In this document: positions 47,166-56,529 of the stretch, piece by piece | Layout: every line of letters starts with the position of its first letter | Position numbering within the stretch: the first letter of the stretch is position 1 | NCBI GenBank assembly: GCA_958296295.1 | Contig: OY282460.1 | Span: 3,330,291-3,394,290, forward strand | Length of the DNA stretch: 64,000 bases | Direction of reading: 5' to 3' | Source of the DNA: an uncultured Pseudomonadales bacterium | GTDB lineage: Bacteria; Pseudomonadota; Gammaproteobacteria; Pseudomonadales; Azotimanducaceae | Made by a program: the position numbers and the translations under genes | Notes under the pieces: model-generated | What the model was told of the DNA's origin: nothing | Seen by the model: only the letters and a program-made list of their open reading frames with translations | Databases searched by the model: none

Positions 47166-48449
47166 TCAGACGCCGAGGGAGAACCGGGACTGCCAGTCGT
47201 CCAACAGGACGAACCGGCCTTCCTCCACCACGGTGTAGTACACGCGCTCGAGGCCTTGGCGCCGGTCCGGGGCGAAAGACACCCGTTCGCCGAGGCCGAG
47301 ATCCACATCGCGCACCGTGAACACGGCCGCCTCCAACCCCTCCCGCGAGGGGTTGTCGCCCAGCCGACGCAGCACCTCCACCATGAGTTTGGCGTCCAAG
47401 AACCCCTCCAAACTCACGAAGCTGTGGGGAAACGGCGTGTAATCTTCGGTGACCAACTCCGCCGGCGGCACCGGATCGTGCCGCGCCATCAGTTCCCGGT
47501 ATTCGGTCACCACGGGAATGGAGGTGTCTTCGTAACTCGGCACCACTTGCGAGTTCACCAGCAAATCCGTGTAGCGGGCGCTTTCTTCCGGCGGGCGGCC
47601 TTCGGTGAGCAGCTTCAGCATGTTCTCGCTGCCCACGAAGGAGAGGTTGGCGATGGGCACGCGCAAGCCCAAGTCCACAGCGTCCCGGGCGAACGCGCCG
47701 CAGGCGGCGTAGGCGCCAATGCATATCACGGCCTGCGGGTCCGCCTTCTTGAGTATCTCCACCTGCCGGCGCATGACGCTCGTGAACTTGGACCCGCGCC
47801 TGTAGGTGGCCTCGCCGGCGATGGTCTCGCCGTGGCGGCGCAAGGCGGCGCGCACGCCGGCCCAGCCGCTACGCCCGTAGGCGTCCGCCTGGTAGAAGAC
47901 AGCGATGCGCCGGCGGCCGATGTTGACGAAGTTGTCCACGAGACCGCCGGTCTCTTGCGCGTAAGAGGCGCGCAGATTGAAGGCGAAGGCGCCGTAGGGC
48001 GGCTCGCGTTGCGGTTGGGCGCCGGTGAACGGGAAGAACAGGAACATGCTGCGATCCTGGAACTTCTTCAGCATCGGCAGCACGCGCGTCACCGTCGGCG
48101 TGCCGACGTAGCCGAACAGCAGGAAGACCTGATCCTCCAGCATCAGCGTCATGGTGTTCTTCACGCACGGGTCCGGCTGATAGCCGTCGTCGTAGATCTT
48201 GAGGGCCACGCGCCGGCCGTTGACGCCGCCCTGCCCGTTCGCCTCTTTGAAGTAGGCGGTCGCCCCGCGGTAGAGCTCGATGCCGAGGCCCCGCGACGGC
48301 CCGGAGAACGCGGCCGACATGCCGAGGACGATCTCGTCGTCCGTAACGCCCGTGCCCCCGGCGGCGGCCGGGGAGGCGCGCAATCCGAGCCACGGCGTGG
48401 CAGCACCTGCCGCAATGCCGCTGCCGACAAGCGCACGTCTAGTGACCAT
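47166..48449 (-). CDS. Periplasmic substrate-binding protein, LivK/Peripla_BP_6-like
   Basis: ATG at 48449, signal-like MVTRRALVGSGIAAGAA... ..IVLGMSAAFSGPSRGLGIELYRGATAYFKEANGQGGVNGRRVALKIYDDGYQP... Confidence 0.8.
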   Translation of the reverse strand: MVTRRALVGSGIAAGAATPWLGLRASPAAAGGTGVTDDEIVLGMSAAFSGPSRGLGIELYRGATAYFKEANGQGGVNGRRVALKIYDDGYQPDPCVKNTMTLMLEDQVFLLFGYVGTPTVTRVLPMLKKFQDRSMFLFFPFTGAQPQREPPYGAFAFNLRASYAQETGGLVDNFVNIGRRRIAVFYQADAYGRSGWAGVRAALRRHGETIAGEATYRRGSKFTSVMRRQVEILKKADPQAVICIGAYAACGAFARDAVDLGLRVPIANLSFVGSENMLKLLTEGRPPEESARYTDLLVNSQVVPSYEDTSIPVVTEYRELMARHDPVPPAELVTEDYTPFPHSFVSLEGFLDAKLMVEVLRRLGDNPSREGLEAAVFTVRDVDLGLGERVSFAPDRRQGLERVYYTVVEEGRFVLLDDWQSRFSLGV

Positions 48450-48705
48450 TGCTTGAATCCCTTTCCTTCGCCGCCGAAGCCGCGCCAATTTACCGCAACC
48501 TCAGTGGCTGCGCCACTGATCAAAGCACCGGCACGCGATTCCCGCTAACGACAGGGGTTGTCCGCTGTGGGTTCGCGGCGTGGGGTACCAAAGGAGAGGG
48601 GGCGAAACCGGGCCTCCGGGCGTTGTCCGGAGGGGCGGCGGGGGGCGCTGTCGGTTCGCTGAAGAGGCAAGGCGGTCCCGAGCGCGGCCCGGCCCTTGCG
48701 CCGCG

Positions 48706-50031
48706 TCAGGACGTGTCGAGCGGCGCCCGGAACAGTTCATCGGTGATGACTCTGACGCTGTGAGACGGCTCTCGCACGTCGAACGGGAAGCACCACAAGG
48801 TGAGCGGTTGGCCGACCGCATCATCGAACTCGTACCGCAACCGCCGCCGGAACTGCCCGGTCTTGGGGTAGATCAACGCCACGTTGCGGCAGCCGAACTT
48901 CCGACCGTAGCTGTAGAGCTGGTAGATGTCGCCTTGGGCTACTTTGTGTGTCTGGTTGTTGTTACCCGTGCGCCCGATTTCCTTCCACTTCGCATCGAGG
49001 ATGAAACGCACCTTGTCGCCGCGCATCAAGGCGATGTCCGGCTTCAACCGAAAGCTCTGTTGCGGCCAAGCGGCGTTCGCAGAGTCGTTGGCGGCATCGA
49101 GTTCCGCAAACCTCTGTTGCGGCCCTTGCGCTCGCACACGGTACCGCTCTTGAAAGCGGCGGAAGGCGTCCACGACGAAATCCTCGAACACTTGCTCCAT
49201 GGGAAACAGCAACGCCCGATTGACATGCTTGCCGGCGAAAGTCGCTAGGCCGTGGTTGAAGAGAAACAGCCCCACCCACGCCATAACGGTGTCGTAGTGG
49301 CGCATGGAGCGATCGATGCGGTGGCGTCGCCAGTCAACATCGGGTGACGTCGAGAGAGGCACATCGGCGAAGCAGACGCGCAATTGGTGCAGCAACTGCC
49401 GGTGATCCGGATGCGCGGTGGCGCGAAGCCGGTGGATTGTCGTGTGAATCAGCCGGTTCACCGGGCGGTCGGCGGTGAACTCGTCGAAACCCACATAGAA
49501 CCGTGTACCGTTGGCGGCGTTGAGGCGGATGTGCTGAGGAAACTGGATGCGGCCCCGCAAGCATTGCAGGTTGTCTTTCACCGGTTGGTAGTGACGAGCT
49601 AAGCCGCGTTGCGTGAGGCGGACGAGATCCTCAAGGAACAGCCGCACGAAAACGCTCAGCATGTCGAAGCGATGCAGCGCACCAATGCTGGTTTCGTTGA
49701 ACTCGGCGAAGCGCAGCCCGCGGCAGGTTCTGAGCATCCTGAGAAACACATCGCGGGTATCGGCATCGCTCGCGCGATCCGCAGCAAAATCCACCTTCGG
49801 CAGAATCTCGACCACGGTGTTGCGCTGCGTCTCGATGATGCCGACATAGTTGCGGGCGTGTAGCTTGCCGTTTCGTAGCGCCAGCACGGGTCGCGTGTAC
49901 TCCCCATCGCGCTCGTCGATGCTCGCTAGGGCGAAGTGCTTAAGGGCTTCTTGCTCGTCCTTGTCGAGATCTGGGAGCGGATCGTGCTCCTTGACGACGA
50001 TGGGCCTATTATTCGTCGGCGGCGTCGCCAC
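48706..50031 (-). CDS. mcrC: McrC-like restriction subunit (PD-(D/E)xK nuclease)
   Basis: ..GKLHARNYVGIIET..VEILPK.. N-terminal pattern. C-terminal nuclease motif ..FILDAKWKEI...QGDIYQLYSYG... GTG start overlaps the mcrB 3' end by 23 nt. Confidence 0.8.
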   Translation of the reverse strand: MATPPTNNRPIVVKEHDPLPDLDKDEQEALKHFALASIDERDGEYTRPVLALRNGKLHARNYVGIIETQRNTVVEILPKVDFAADRASDADTRDVFLRMLRTCRGLRFAEFNETSIGALHRFDMLSVFVRLFLEDLVRLTQRGLARHYQPVKDNLQCLRGRIQFPQHIRLNAANGTRFYVGFDEFTADRPVNRLIHTTIHRLRATAHPDHRQLLHQLRVCFADVPLSTSPDVDWRRHRIDRSMRHYDTVMAWVGLFLFNHGLATFAGKHVNRALLFPMEQVFEDFVVDAFRRFQERYRVRAQGPQQRFAELDAANDSANAAWPQQSFRLKPDIALMRGDKVRFILDAKWKEIGRTGNNNQTHKVAQGDIYQLYSYGRKFGCRNVALIYPKTGQFRRRLRYEFDDAVGQPLTLWCFPFDVREPSHSVRVITDELFRAPLDTS

Positions 50032-51520
50032 GGTCGTCGCCGTAGATGTCCTTATAGCTCTTGGCCTCCAGCCACTTGTCGTTGCCGCGCGGCAGCAAGT
50101 CGAAAACGGAGCGGTCGTCCGTGCCTTTGGATTCCGTTTCCGTGATGAAGGCGTTCTCGTTCAGGACGTGGCGCATCTTCCCCCAATCGTCGTAGAAGTA
50201 CTCCTGCAAGAGCGGGATGATCTGGGTCTGGAACGCGTGTTTAAGCTCGTCGAGCGTCTTGACTTTCATGAGGTAGGTGTGGCCGATCTGGTGATCCCGG
50301 TCTAGGTTCTCGACAATACGTTTGTTGATGGCCTTCAGCAACTCTTGGCCTTTGACGCCCTCAATGTCCTCTGCGACACGCTCCACATCCGGCATCTTCT
50401 CGTCGAACGCGAAGCGGCGACGCAAGGCGGCGTCCAACAGCAGAATGCCTCTGTCGGCCGTATTCATCGTGCCGATGAGATGGAGATTGCTCGGCACGCC
50501 GAACGGTTTTTTTTGAGAATACGGGAGCAACACTGCCGCCTCATCTTCTCCACCGAGACGCTTGGACGGCTCGATGAGAGTGATGAGTTCGCCGAATATC
50601 TTGGCGATGTTGCCGCGGTTGATCTCGTCGATGATGAGGACGTAGTTGTTGTCCAGGTCCTTCTCGGCCCGCTCAGCGATTTTCTTGAAGATGCCGTCGC
50701 GCAGCTCGTAGGCGAGTTCGTTCTTATCCTTGTCGAGCACCGGGCGGATACCTTCGATGAAGTCTTCGTAGGCGTAATTCTGGTGGAACGTGACGAACTC
50801 TATCTGCCCGGCTTTCCGCAGGGCGTCGAAGCGGGCTTTCACTCGTTCACGATCGTCGATTGGCGGGCCGCCATCAATGATCTGCACAGCATCGGAGACA
50901 GCATCAAAGGTCTTGCCCGTGCCGGGAGGGCCGTAGAGAATCCGATTGAGCGCGCTGAGCGCCGGCCGCTGCCTCGGTGCCGTACTATCTGGCACGGGTT
51001 CTTCTCCATCCTTCGCAGTGCCAGTGCGTTCCTCTGTCCTAGCCACGAATGACCCAACCTCGTCGACGAACGAGGCAACGTTCTTAAGTATGTCGGCATC
51101 GCTGACGTCGTCGATTTGGGTGATGACAAAACGCTCCCGCCTGCCTCTTTCGACATCAACCTCGATCCAGCCGCCCGGCCCGGTGTGTTCTATGAACCGA
51201 GGATGAGTGCCGAACCACCCTAAGTGCGTAAGGTATGTCTTCCCGTCCTGTCTCTTGACAAATAGGCCAGCTGGCCTCCAAGGATCGCCATCTTCCTTCG
51301 CTCGCATAGCGATCTGACATTTGAAGCTGCTTTCAGTGCTGCCAAGCTCAACAATCCTTCTTAGGTCGTCTGGGTCGTCTTGGTCATGTACGTAGTTGGC
51401 CCAGAACCGATGTGCCTCGTGCGTGTGGCGGCCGCTGCCGGCGTCAATCTTGAGCACTCGTCGAAGACGTTGAAGCGCGGCTTCCAAATCGCGCTTGCCA
51501 ACAATCGGAGTGTTCGCCAT
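50009..51520 (-). CDS. mcrB: McrB-like AAA+ GTPase restriction subunit with an unrecognised N-terminal domain
   Basis: AAGGAG before the ATG. ..ILYGPPGTGKTF.., ..NYVLIIDEINRGNIAKIFGELITLIE.., ..LHLIGTMNTADRGILLLDAALRRRF... I could not assign the first ~165 aa. Confidence 0.85.
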   Translation of the reverse strand: MANTPIVGKRDLEAALQRLRRVLKIDAGSGRHTHEAHRFWANYVHDQDDPDDLRRIVELGSTESSFKCQIAMRAKEDGDPWRPAGLFVKRQDGKTYLTHLGWFGTHPRFIEHTGPGGWIEVDVERGRRERFVITQIDDVSDADILKNVASFVDEVGSFVARTEERTGTAKDGEEPVPDSTAPRQRPALSALNRILYGPPGTGKTFDAVSDAVQIIDGGPPIDDRERVKARFDALRKAGQIEFVTFHQNYAYEDFIEGIRPVLDKDKNELAYELRDGIFKKIAERAEKDLDNNYVLIIDEINRGNIAKIFGELITLIEPSKRLGGEDEAAVLLPYSQKKPFGVPSNLHLIGTMNTADRGILLLDAALRRRFAFDEKMPDVERVAEDIEGVKGQELLKAINKRIVENLDRDHQIGHTYLMKVKTLDELKHAFQTQIIPLLQEYFYDDWGKMRHVLNENAFITETESKGTDDRSVFDLLPRGNDKWLEAKSYKDIYGDDRGDAADE

Positions 51521-51592
51521 AGGGGCTCCTTCGCTACGTTCTCATCAAAAGTATAGAGCACCGTCAGTGGCACCAGCACCGGCCCCAGCGCG

Positions 51593-52195
51593 TCACTCGC
51601 CCATCCACGCGCGCAACAATCGCCAAAGGCGCTTCTTCCCTTCGCTGTCTATCGCGTTCGGGCCAATATAGAAGTGGCTGCCAAGCGGCCCGGCTTCGGC
51701 CGGGGGCTGGTGGCCAAGCAGCTCCGCTGGTCGCGCTCCGGCGATGAGGGCGCGGGCGCAATGCCCCATTTGATGCAGGAAGAAGGCGCGGAAGGCGCGC
51801 GTGTGACCGTCCGCGGCTGCACCGGGTTGCGGCCAGTGGAACAGCAAGTCCCGGCGTTCGAAGACGGCGAATCGGTTGGCCGCTCGCGCGGCGTCTAGAA
51901 TCAACCGGCGGCGCGGCCAGGCGTCTTCGCCGATGCACACGAAAACCTCGCCGCAGCGGTAACAGCGGATCTTGAACGGCGCCATCGCCGAGGTTGGCAC
52001 CGGGGAAGTTCGCCGTGGGGGCTCTCGTTTGGCCGCGGGCGCTGGCCGTCGCGGCGCGACTGGCTTGGGCGGCGCGGGACGGGATGGTGGTGCCGGCGCC
52101 GGTGTTGACGCCGCGGCCGCGGCACTGGCGCGCCGCCCTCTTTGCACCCAGACGTCTACGCCGAGCCGTTCGAAATAGGCCGTGCGGGAGTTCAT
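51593..52195 (-). CDS. Possible DNA polymerase III psi-subunit-like protein with Pro/Ala-rich insertion
   Basis: The start MNSRTAYFERLGVDVWVQRGR resembles E. coli HolD (..RRDWQLQQLGITQWSLRR). The C-terminal ..KKRLWRLL.. resembles ..RAALWQQI... Similarity is low, so the call is weak. Confidence 0.35.
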   Translation of the reverse strand: MNSRTAYFERLGVDVWVQRGRRASAAAAASTPAPAPPSRPAPPKPVAPRRPAPAAKREPPRRTSPVPTSAMAPFKIRCYRCGEVFVCIGEDAWPRRRLILDAARAANRFAVFERRDLLFHWPQPGAAADGHTRAFRAFFLHQMGHCARALIAGARPAELLGHQPPAEAGPLGSHFYIGPNAIDSEGKKRLWRLLRAWMGE

Positions 52196-52337
52196 GTGCG
52201 GATGTTAGCCGACGCCAACGGTTTCGTTCGCGCCCGTCCGCTCCGCGGGCACCGCCTTTCCAGCGGGCGTTGTGATCGCCGCCTTGGTTCCGTTACCGTG
52301 GGGAGCTTCGCAGGCTCGGAGCGGGGAAGCACGCCCT

Positions 52338-53405
52338 ATGCAGTACCTCACGGACGATGTGCGCATCACCGGCATGGCCCAAGTGCGGGCGCCGGTGGCG
52401 CTCATTGACGATCTGCCGCTTGAAGCGGCTCACTCGACGCTGGTGTTCAACGTGCGCCGACAGGCGGCGGACATAATCGCCGGCCGGGACCGCCGGCTGC
52501 TCGCCATCGTCGGCCCGTGCTCCATCCACGACCCGGACGCCGCGCGCGAGTACGCCGAGCGGTTGAAAGAGCGCGCGGACGCGTTGGCTGGCCAGCTGCT
52601 GGTGATCATGCGGGTGTATTTCGAGAAGCCGCGCACGACGGTGGGATGGAAAGGGCTGATCAACGATCCGAAACTCGACGATTCCTTCGATATTGACGCC
52701 GGCCTGGCCGTCGCCCGCTCACTTTTGCGCGACATCGTTGGCCTCGGCCTCGGTACCGGCACCGAGTACCTCGACCCCATCACGCCGCAGTACTTCGGTG
52801 ATCTGGTGTGTTGGGCGGCCATCGGCGCGCGCACCACCGAGAGCCAGATCCATCGCCAATTGGCATCCGGCCTTTCCTGCCCCACCGGCTTCAAGAACAG
52901 CACCCGCGGGGACATTCAAGTGGCCGCGGACGCGGTGAAGTCGGCGACGCACCGGCACATCTTCCTGTCCGTCACCAAAGCCGGCCACTCGGCCATCTTC
53001 TCCACCGCCGGGAACCCGGACTGCCACATCATCCTGCGTGGCGGCGGCGGCCAGACGAACTTCGACAACCCCTCCGTGCATTACGCCAGCCGCATTCTCG
53101 AGCAAGGCGGACTAGGCGACCGGGTGATGATCGACGCAAGCCACGACAACAGCCAAAAGGACCCCGTCCGTCAACTGGCCGTGTCCGCCGACATCGCGCG
53201 TCAACTCGCCGCCGGCGAGGACAAGATCATGGGTGTGATGGTGGAGAGCAACCTGGTCCACGGCCGCCAGGATCTCGGCCCGGACCCGAGCCGCTTGGTG
53301 TACGGCCAGAGCATCACCGACCCCTGCATCGGCTGGGACGAAACCGCGGCCTGCTTGGATGAACTCGCCGCCGCGGTGAACGCCCGCAACGAGGGCAAAG
53401 GGTAA
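52338..53405 (+). CDS. Class I 3-deoxy-7-phosphoheptulonate (DAHP) synthase
   Basis: MQYLTDDVRI.., ..RLLAIVGPCSIHDP..A.EYA.., ..VIMRVYFEKPRTTVGWKGLINDP.., ..SCPTGFKNSTRGD... About 355 aa. The isozyme cannot be called. Confidence 0.9.
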   Translation: MQYLTDDVRITGMAQVRAPVALIDDLPLEAAHSTLVFNVRRQAADIIAGRDRRLLAIVGPCSIHDPDAAREYAERLKERADALAGQLLVIMRVYFEKPRTTVGWKGLINDPKLDDSFDIDAGLAVARSLLRDIVGLGLGTGTEYLDPITPQYFGDLVCWAAIGARTTESQIHRQLASGLSCPTGFKNSTRGDIQVAADAVKSATHRHIFLSVTKAGHSAIFSTAGNPDCHIILRGGGGQTNFDNPSVHYASRILEQGGLGDRVMIDASHDNSQKDPVRQLAVSADIARQLAAGEDKIMGVMVESNLVHGRQDLGPDPSRLVYGQSITDPCIGWDETAACLDELAAAVNARNEGKG

Positions 53406-53439
53406 GGGGAGACGTAGAGGGCTTGCGGCGTAGGGGATT

Positions 53440-53515
53440 TGGCTCCGCCTGCTGGGCTCGAACCAGCGACAGGCTGATTAACAGTCAGCTGCTCTACCAA
53501 CTGAGCTAAGGCGGA
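53440..53515 (-). tRNA. tRNA-Asn (anticodon GTT), CCA encoded
   Basis: The reverse complement reads TCCGCCTTAGCTCAGTTGGTAGAGCAGCTGACTGTTAATCAGCCTGTCGCTGGTTCGAGCCCAGCAGGCGGAGCCA. Anticodon stem GCTGA/TCAGC, loop CTGTTAA, and a 7-bp acceptor stem. Confidence 0.9.
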
Positions 53516-53633
53516 ATAGATCAGTAGCGTAGTTTACGCCCTCGTCGCCGAAAGGCAACCGCCGGTTGCCCGTTGCGCTTGCGAACGTGCGGATGGGTTA
53601 TGGTGCGTGGCGTTGGCCGACACGCATTGACCT

Positions 53634-54617
53634 TTGCACGCACAAGCACGCGATACGCTCCACGCCGCCGCGCAAGCTGGGGACTTGGAACGTTGCCGCA
53701 CGTTGATCTTGGAGGGCCACAAGGACGCCCGCGCCTCCGTGGGGTTGGATGCGCAATGCGACTTGACGGCTTTGCAACTGGCGTCCCTCTACGAGGCCCC
53801 CGTCGTGGAGACGCTGCTCGCGGCGGGCGTGCCGTGCGATCTGCATAGCGCCTGCGCCACTGGCCGGGTTGCGGATATCCGCCGGTTGGCTACGCCGGGC
53901 GCCTGCGCCGCCTTGGCCGAGCATTTGACGCCCATGGGCTTCGCCATCAACCGCGGCCAGCTGGCCTCGGTGCGGGCGTTGCTGGAAAGCGGCGACGATC
54001 CGTGCAGGCCGCTACCGCGCATCGGGTTTTTCGTCTGGGAACTCGCGGCCCTCGCCCACGGCCACGGCGGTTGGGCACCGCTGCACGCGGCTTGCGCCCA
54101 CGGCTACGCGCCGGACGCCGCGGCCATTGCTAGCGCGTTGATCGACGCCGGCGGAGACTTGGAGGCGCCTTGCGCCTTGGGCGACCGCCCGATTCACTTG
54201 GCCGCCACCTATGGCTGGCGGCCCGTGCTCAACGCCTTGCTCGCCGCTGGCGCGGCGGTGGATTCGCGCACGCAATCGGCACCCCGCGCGTTGTGGCGGC
54301 TGGCCTCCCCGGAGTCCGCCGAGCCGGCTTGGGGGCAAACGGCGCTCATGGTGGCGGCGCGGGAAGGCGCTTTGGAAGCGGCGAAATGCCTGCTAGGCCA
54401 CGGCGCGAGCCTCACCGCCCGCGACAACGGGGGTCGTACACCGCTGCATGTCGCCGCGTGCGCGTGGTGGAAGGAGAACGCCGAGCTGGCGGCGTTGCTT
54501 ATGGAAGCTGGCGCGGATGGCAGTGCGCTTGACGGCCACGGCCGCAAACCTTGGGAACTGGCCGAGCAGGCCGGTTACAAGGCGACAGCGGCGGTGCTTG
54601 AGCCTCGGGCGCGTTGA
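53634..54617 (+). CDS. Ankyrin-repeat protein
   Basis: Multiple ANK units (..TLHAAAQAGDLERCRTLILEG.., ..WAPLHAACAHGYAPDAAAIASALIDAGGDLEA.., ..RPIHLAATYGWRPVLNALLAAGAAVDS.., ..GRTPLHVAA..). TTG start, so the 5' end is uncertain. Confidence 0.8.
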   Translation: MHAQARDTLHAAAQAGDLERCRTLILEGHKDARASVGLDAQCDLTALQLASLYEAPVVETLLAAGVPCDLHSACATGRVADIRRLATPGACAALAEHLTPMGFAINRGQLASVRALLESGDDPCRPLPRIGFFVWELAALAHGHGGWAPLHAACAHGYAPDAAAIASALIDAGGDLEAPCALGDRPIHLAATYGWRPVLNALLAAGAAVDSRTQSAPRALWRLASPESAEPAWGQTALMVAAREGALEAAKCLLGHGASLTARDNGGRTPLHVAACAWWKENAELAALLMEAGADGSALDGHGRKPWELAEQAGYKATAAVLEPRAR

Positions 54618-54666
54618 TGCGGTGCGCGTGCGGCACCTGCCGACGTGTCCTTGCAAGCGGCGCTCG

Positions 54667-55974
54667 CTAGCCGATGAGGCGGCACTCCAAGTAGTAGCGC
54701 TTCTCGTGCGCTTCGCCTAGCGAGAACGTCTTGCGGGGGGTGGCGCCGTCGCGGGTCACGGTCTCGAACAAGGCGTTCTTGTTCATGCTCGGCAGGTAGA
54801 AACCGACGCGGCCGGATTGAGCGGCCAACGCGGTGAGCGTGTCGTCGCCGTGGATGTAATCCACCGAGGCGTCTGGATGCGCTTTGGCGTATTCGTCCAA
54901 GAACGCCTGCAAGGTCGCCGCGGCCAGCGTGAAGCGCGGTGCCGGAACCGTGACGATCCCCTGTTCCGTCGCAGTGCGGTAGGGGATGTGGTGACCGGGT
55001 TCGGCGGCTGCGGCTTGCCGACAGCGCTGCCAATCCGCAACGTCGGCAGCGGTGCTTCGCACGCATCCCGCGTCCGCGTAGCGTGCCACCAGCGCCGCGA
55101 GCGCATGTTCCGCATCGGCCCCGGCACCGACATCCAACAGCCGGTGAATGGCCTCGAACTCGAGCGCCCGGTCGTGGATGTTCACCAACTCGGCCAAGGC
55201 GAAGCGGCCGGGGTGATCCGCGGCTGCCCCGCCGGCCTTCTTCTCGTCCCAGACCGCCCGCGCCGCCGCGAAGGAGTGGTTGCCGTCGCCCATGGCGTAC
55301 AGGAGCGGCGGGTCGCCACGCCGGAGGCCGCGCATCGCCGTCGCCACCGTGTCAATGGCTTCGCCGTCCGCGACGTGCCAGCCGCGCACGCGGCCACCGC
55401 CTTGCATCAGGTCGAAATCGTAGGCGGGCGCCCACACACGCTCGAACAACGGCTCGATCACGGCGCCGGCCGGATCGTCGATGAGCACGAGAATGTGCGG
55501 CGTCTCCAAGACCGCGTCGCGTCGCACGGCGATGCGCGCCGGCAACCGGTTGGGATCCGTGCCTTCGGTGCTGCGGATCAACGTTCGCGCCCCGGCCCGG
55601 TAATCGAACGCCTCCAAGTCGAGCCCAACGACCAGACCACGCCGCGGCTCGGCGCGCCCGACATCGCGCTCCACCAGCATGAACCCGGGCGGCTGCTCCA
55701 CCAAAACGCCCGCAGCCAGATACTCGCTCATGCGCCGGTTGATGGCGCAGATCGCCGCTTCGCGACCACCGCCGCCCAGCCGCGCTTCGGGCAGCACCAA
55801 GCGCAACGTGGAAGGACTGTCTCCCACCAAGCGTTCCGTCTCTTCCCAGTATTCCGGCGCCGACGTGTGCTGATCGCAAGCGATCACCGCCCACGATTGC
55901 AGCGCCACCTCCGGCTTCGGCAGCAGGAGCGTAGGCACATGCAGCGCGATGTCGGGATAGTGGAGTTTCGGCAT
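54667..55974 (-). CDS. DUF1015-domain protein
   Basis: ATG at 55974. About 435 aa with ..LLLPKPEV..SWAVIACDQHTS..EYWEE.. and ..LYAMGDGNHSFAAA..VW.. resembling the DUF1015 family. Recognised from memory. Confidence 0.55.
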   Translation of the reverse strand: MPKLHYPDIALHVPTLLLPKPEVALQSWAVIACDQHTSAPEYWEETERLVGDSPSTLRLVLPEARLGGGGREAAICAINRRMSEYLAAGVLVEQPPGFMLVERDVGRAEPRRGLVVGLDLEAFDYRAGARTLIRSTEGTDPNRLPARIAVRRDAVLETPHILVLIDDPAGAVIEPLFERVWAPAYDFDLMQGGGRVRGWHVADGEAIDTVATAMRGLRRGDPPLLYAMGDGNHSFAAARAVWDEKKAGGAAADHPGRFALAELVNIHDRALEFEAIHRLLDVGAGADAEHALAALVARYADAGCVRSTAADVADWQRCRQAAAAEPGHHIPYRTATEQGIVTVPAPRFTLAAATLQAFLDEYAKAHPDASVDYIHGDDTLTALAAQSGRVGFYLPSMNKNALFETVTRDGATPRKTFSLGEAHEKRYYLECRLIG

Positions 55975-56529
55975 TGGCCTTCCGTTGGCGAGCGCGCCGT
56001 CGCGTTTGGGGACGGCCGGCGCGGTGGGCGATGGTGCCCGCACGCGGGTGCCCGCGGACGCGATTCCGTGCTGGAAGCCGGTATTGTAAACGCCCGTCAG
56101 GTGCCGACGGCGGCCCCGATGTGGCTTTCCGTAGTCCGTAGCCCGTATCGCCCGTATAGCTGCCTTGACTGCCTTGACTCAAACGTGCGCCTTATGCCGC
56201 AATTGCCTTGATTCTTCCTTTATCGGCCTTTCGTGCGGAGGAATCCCGAGTCGTCCGGACGGGTTTCTGGCTTAGGCGGCGCTTGCCACGCCTAATTCTG
56301 GCGCCCACTCACGTCCCAGCGACTCATCCGGCAAGCGTGGCTAAACCGCAAAGCAAGTGTGGGGGCATTTCCCCACACGCTTTGCACACGAACGGTCGCG
56401 CCCGTTCGCACTTCACGGCGGCGATGGTCGTCGTTTCTTCAGTGAGTACACCAACGTTGATCCGCACGGGTATGTGCGGGGTGGTAGGTAGGCGCGAAGC
56501 GTTCTCCAAGGCGACAGTTGCCCAACGCC

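Noticed and set aside
53440-53515. tRNA-Asn as the attachment site of a genomic island.
   Set aside because: There is no integrase gene beside it. I did not notice a second copy of the tRNA 3' end (TGGCTCCGCCTGCTGGGCTCGAACC or its complement) elsewhere in the window. A proper repeat search would be needed to exclude it fully.
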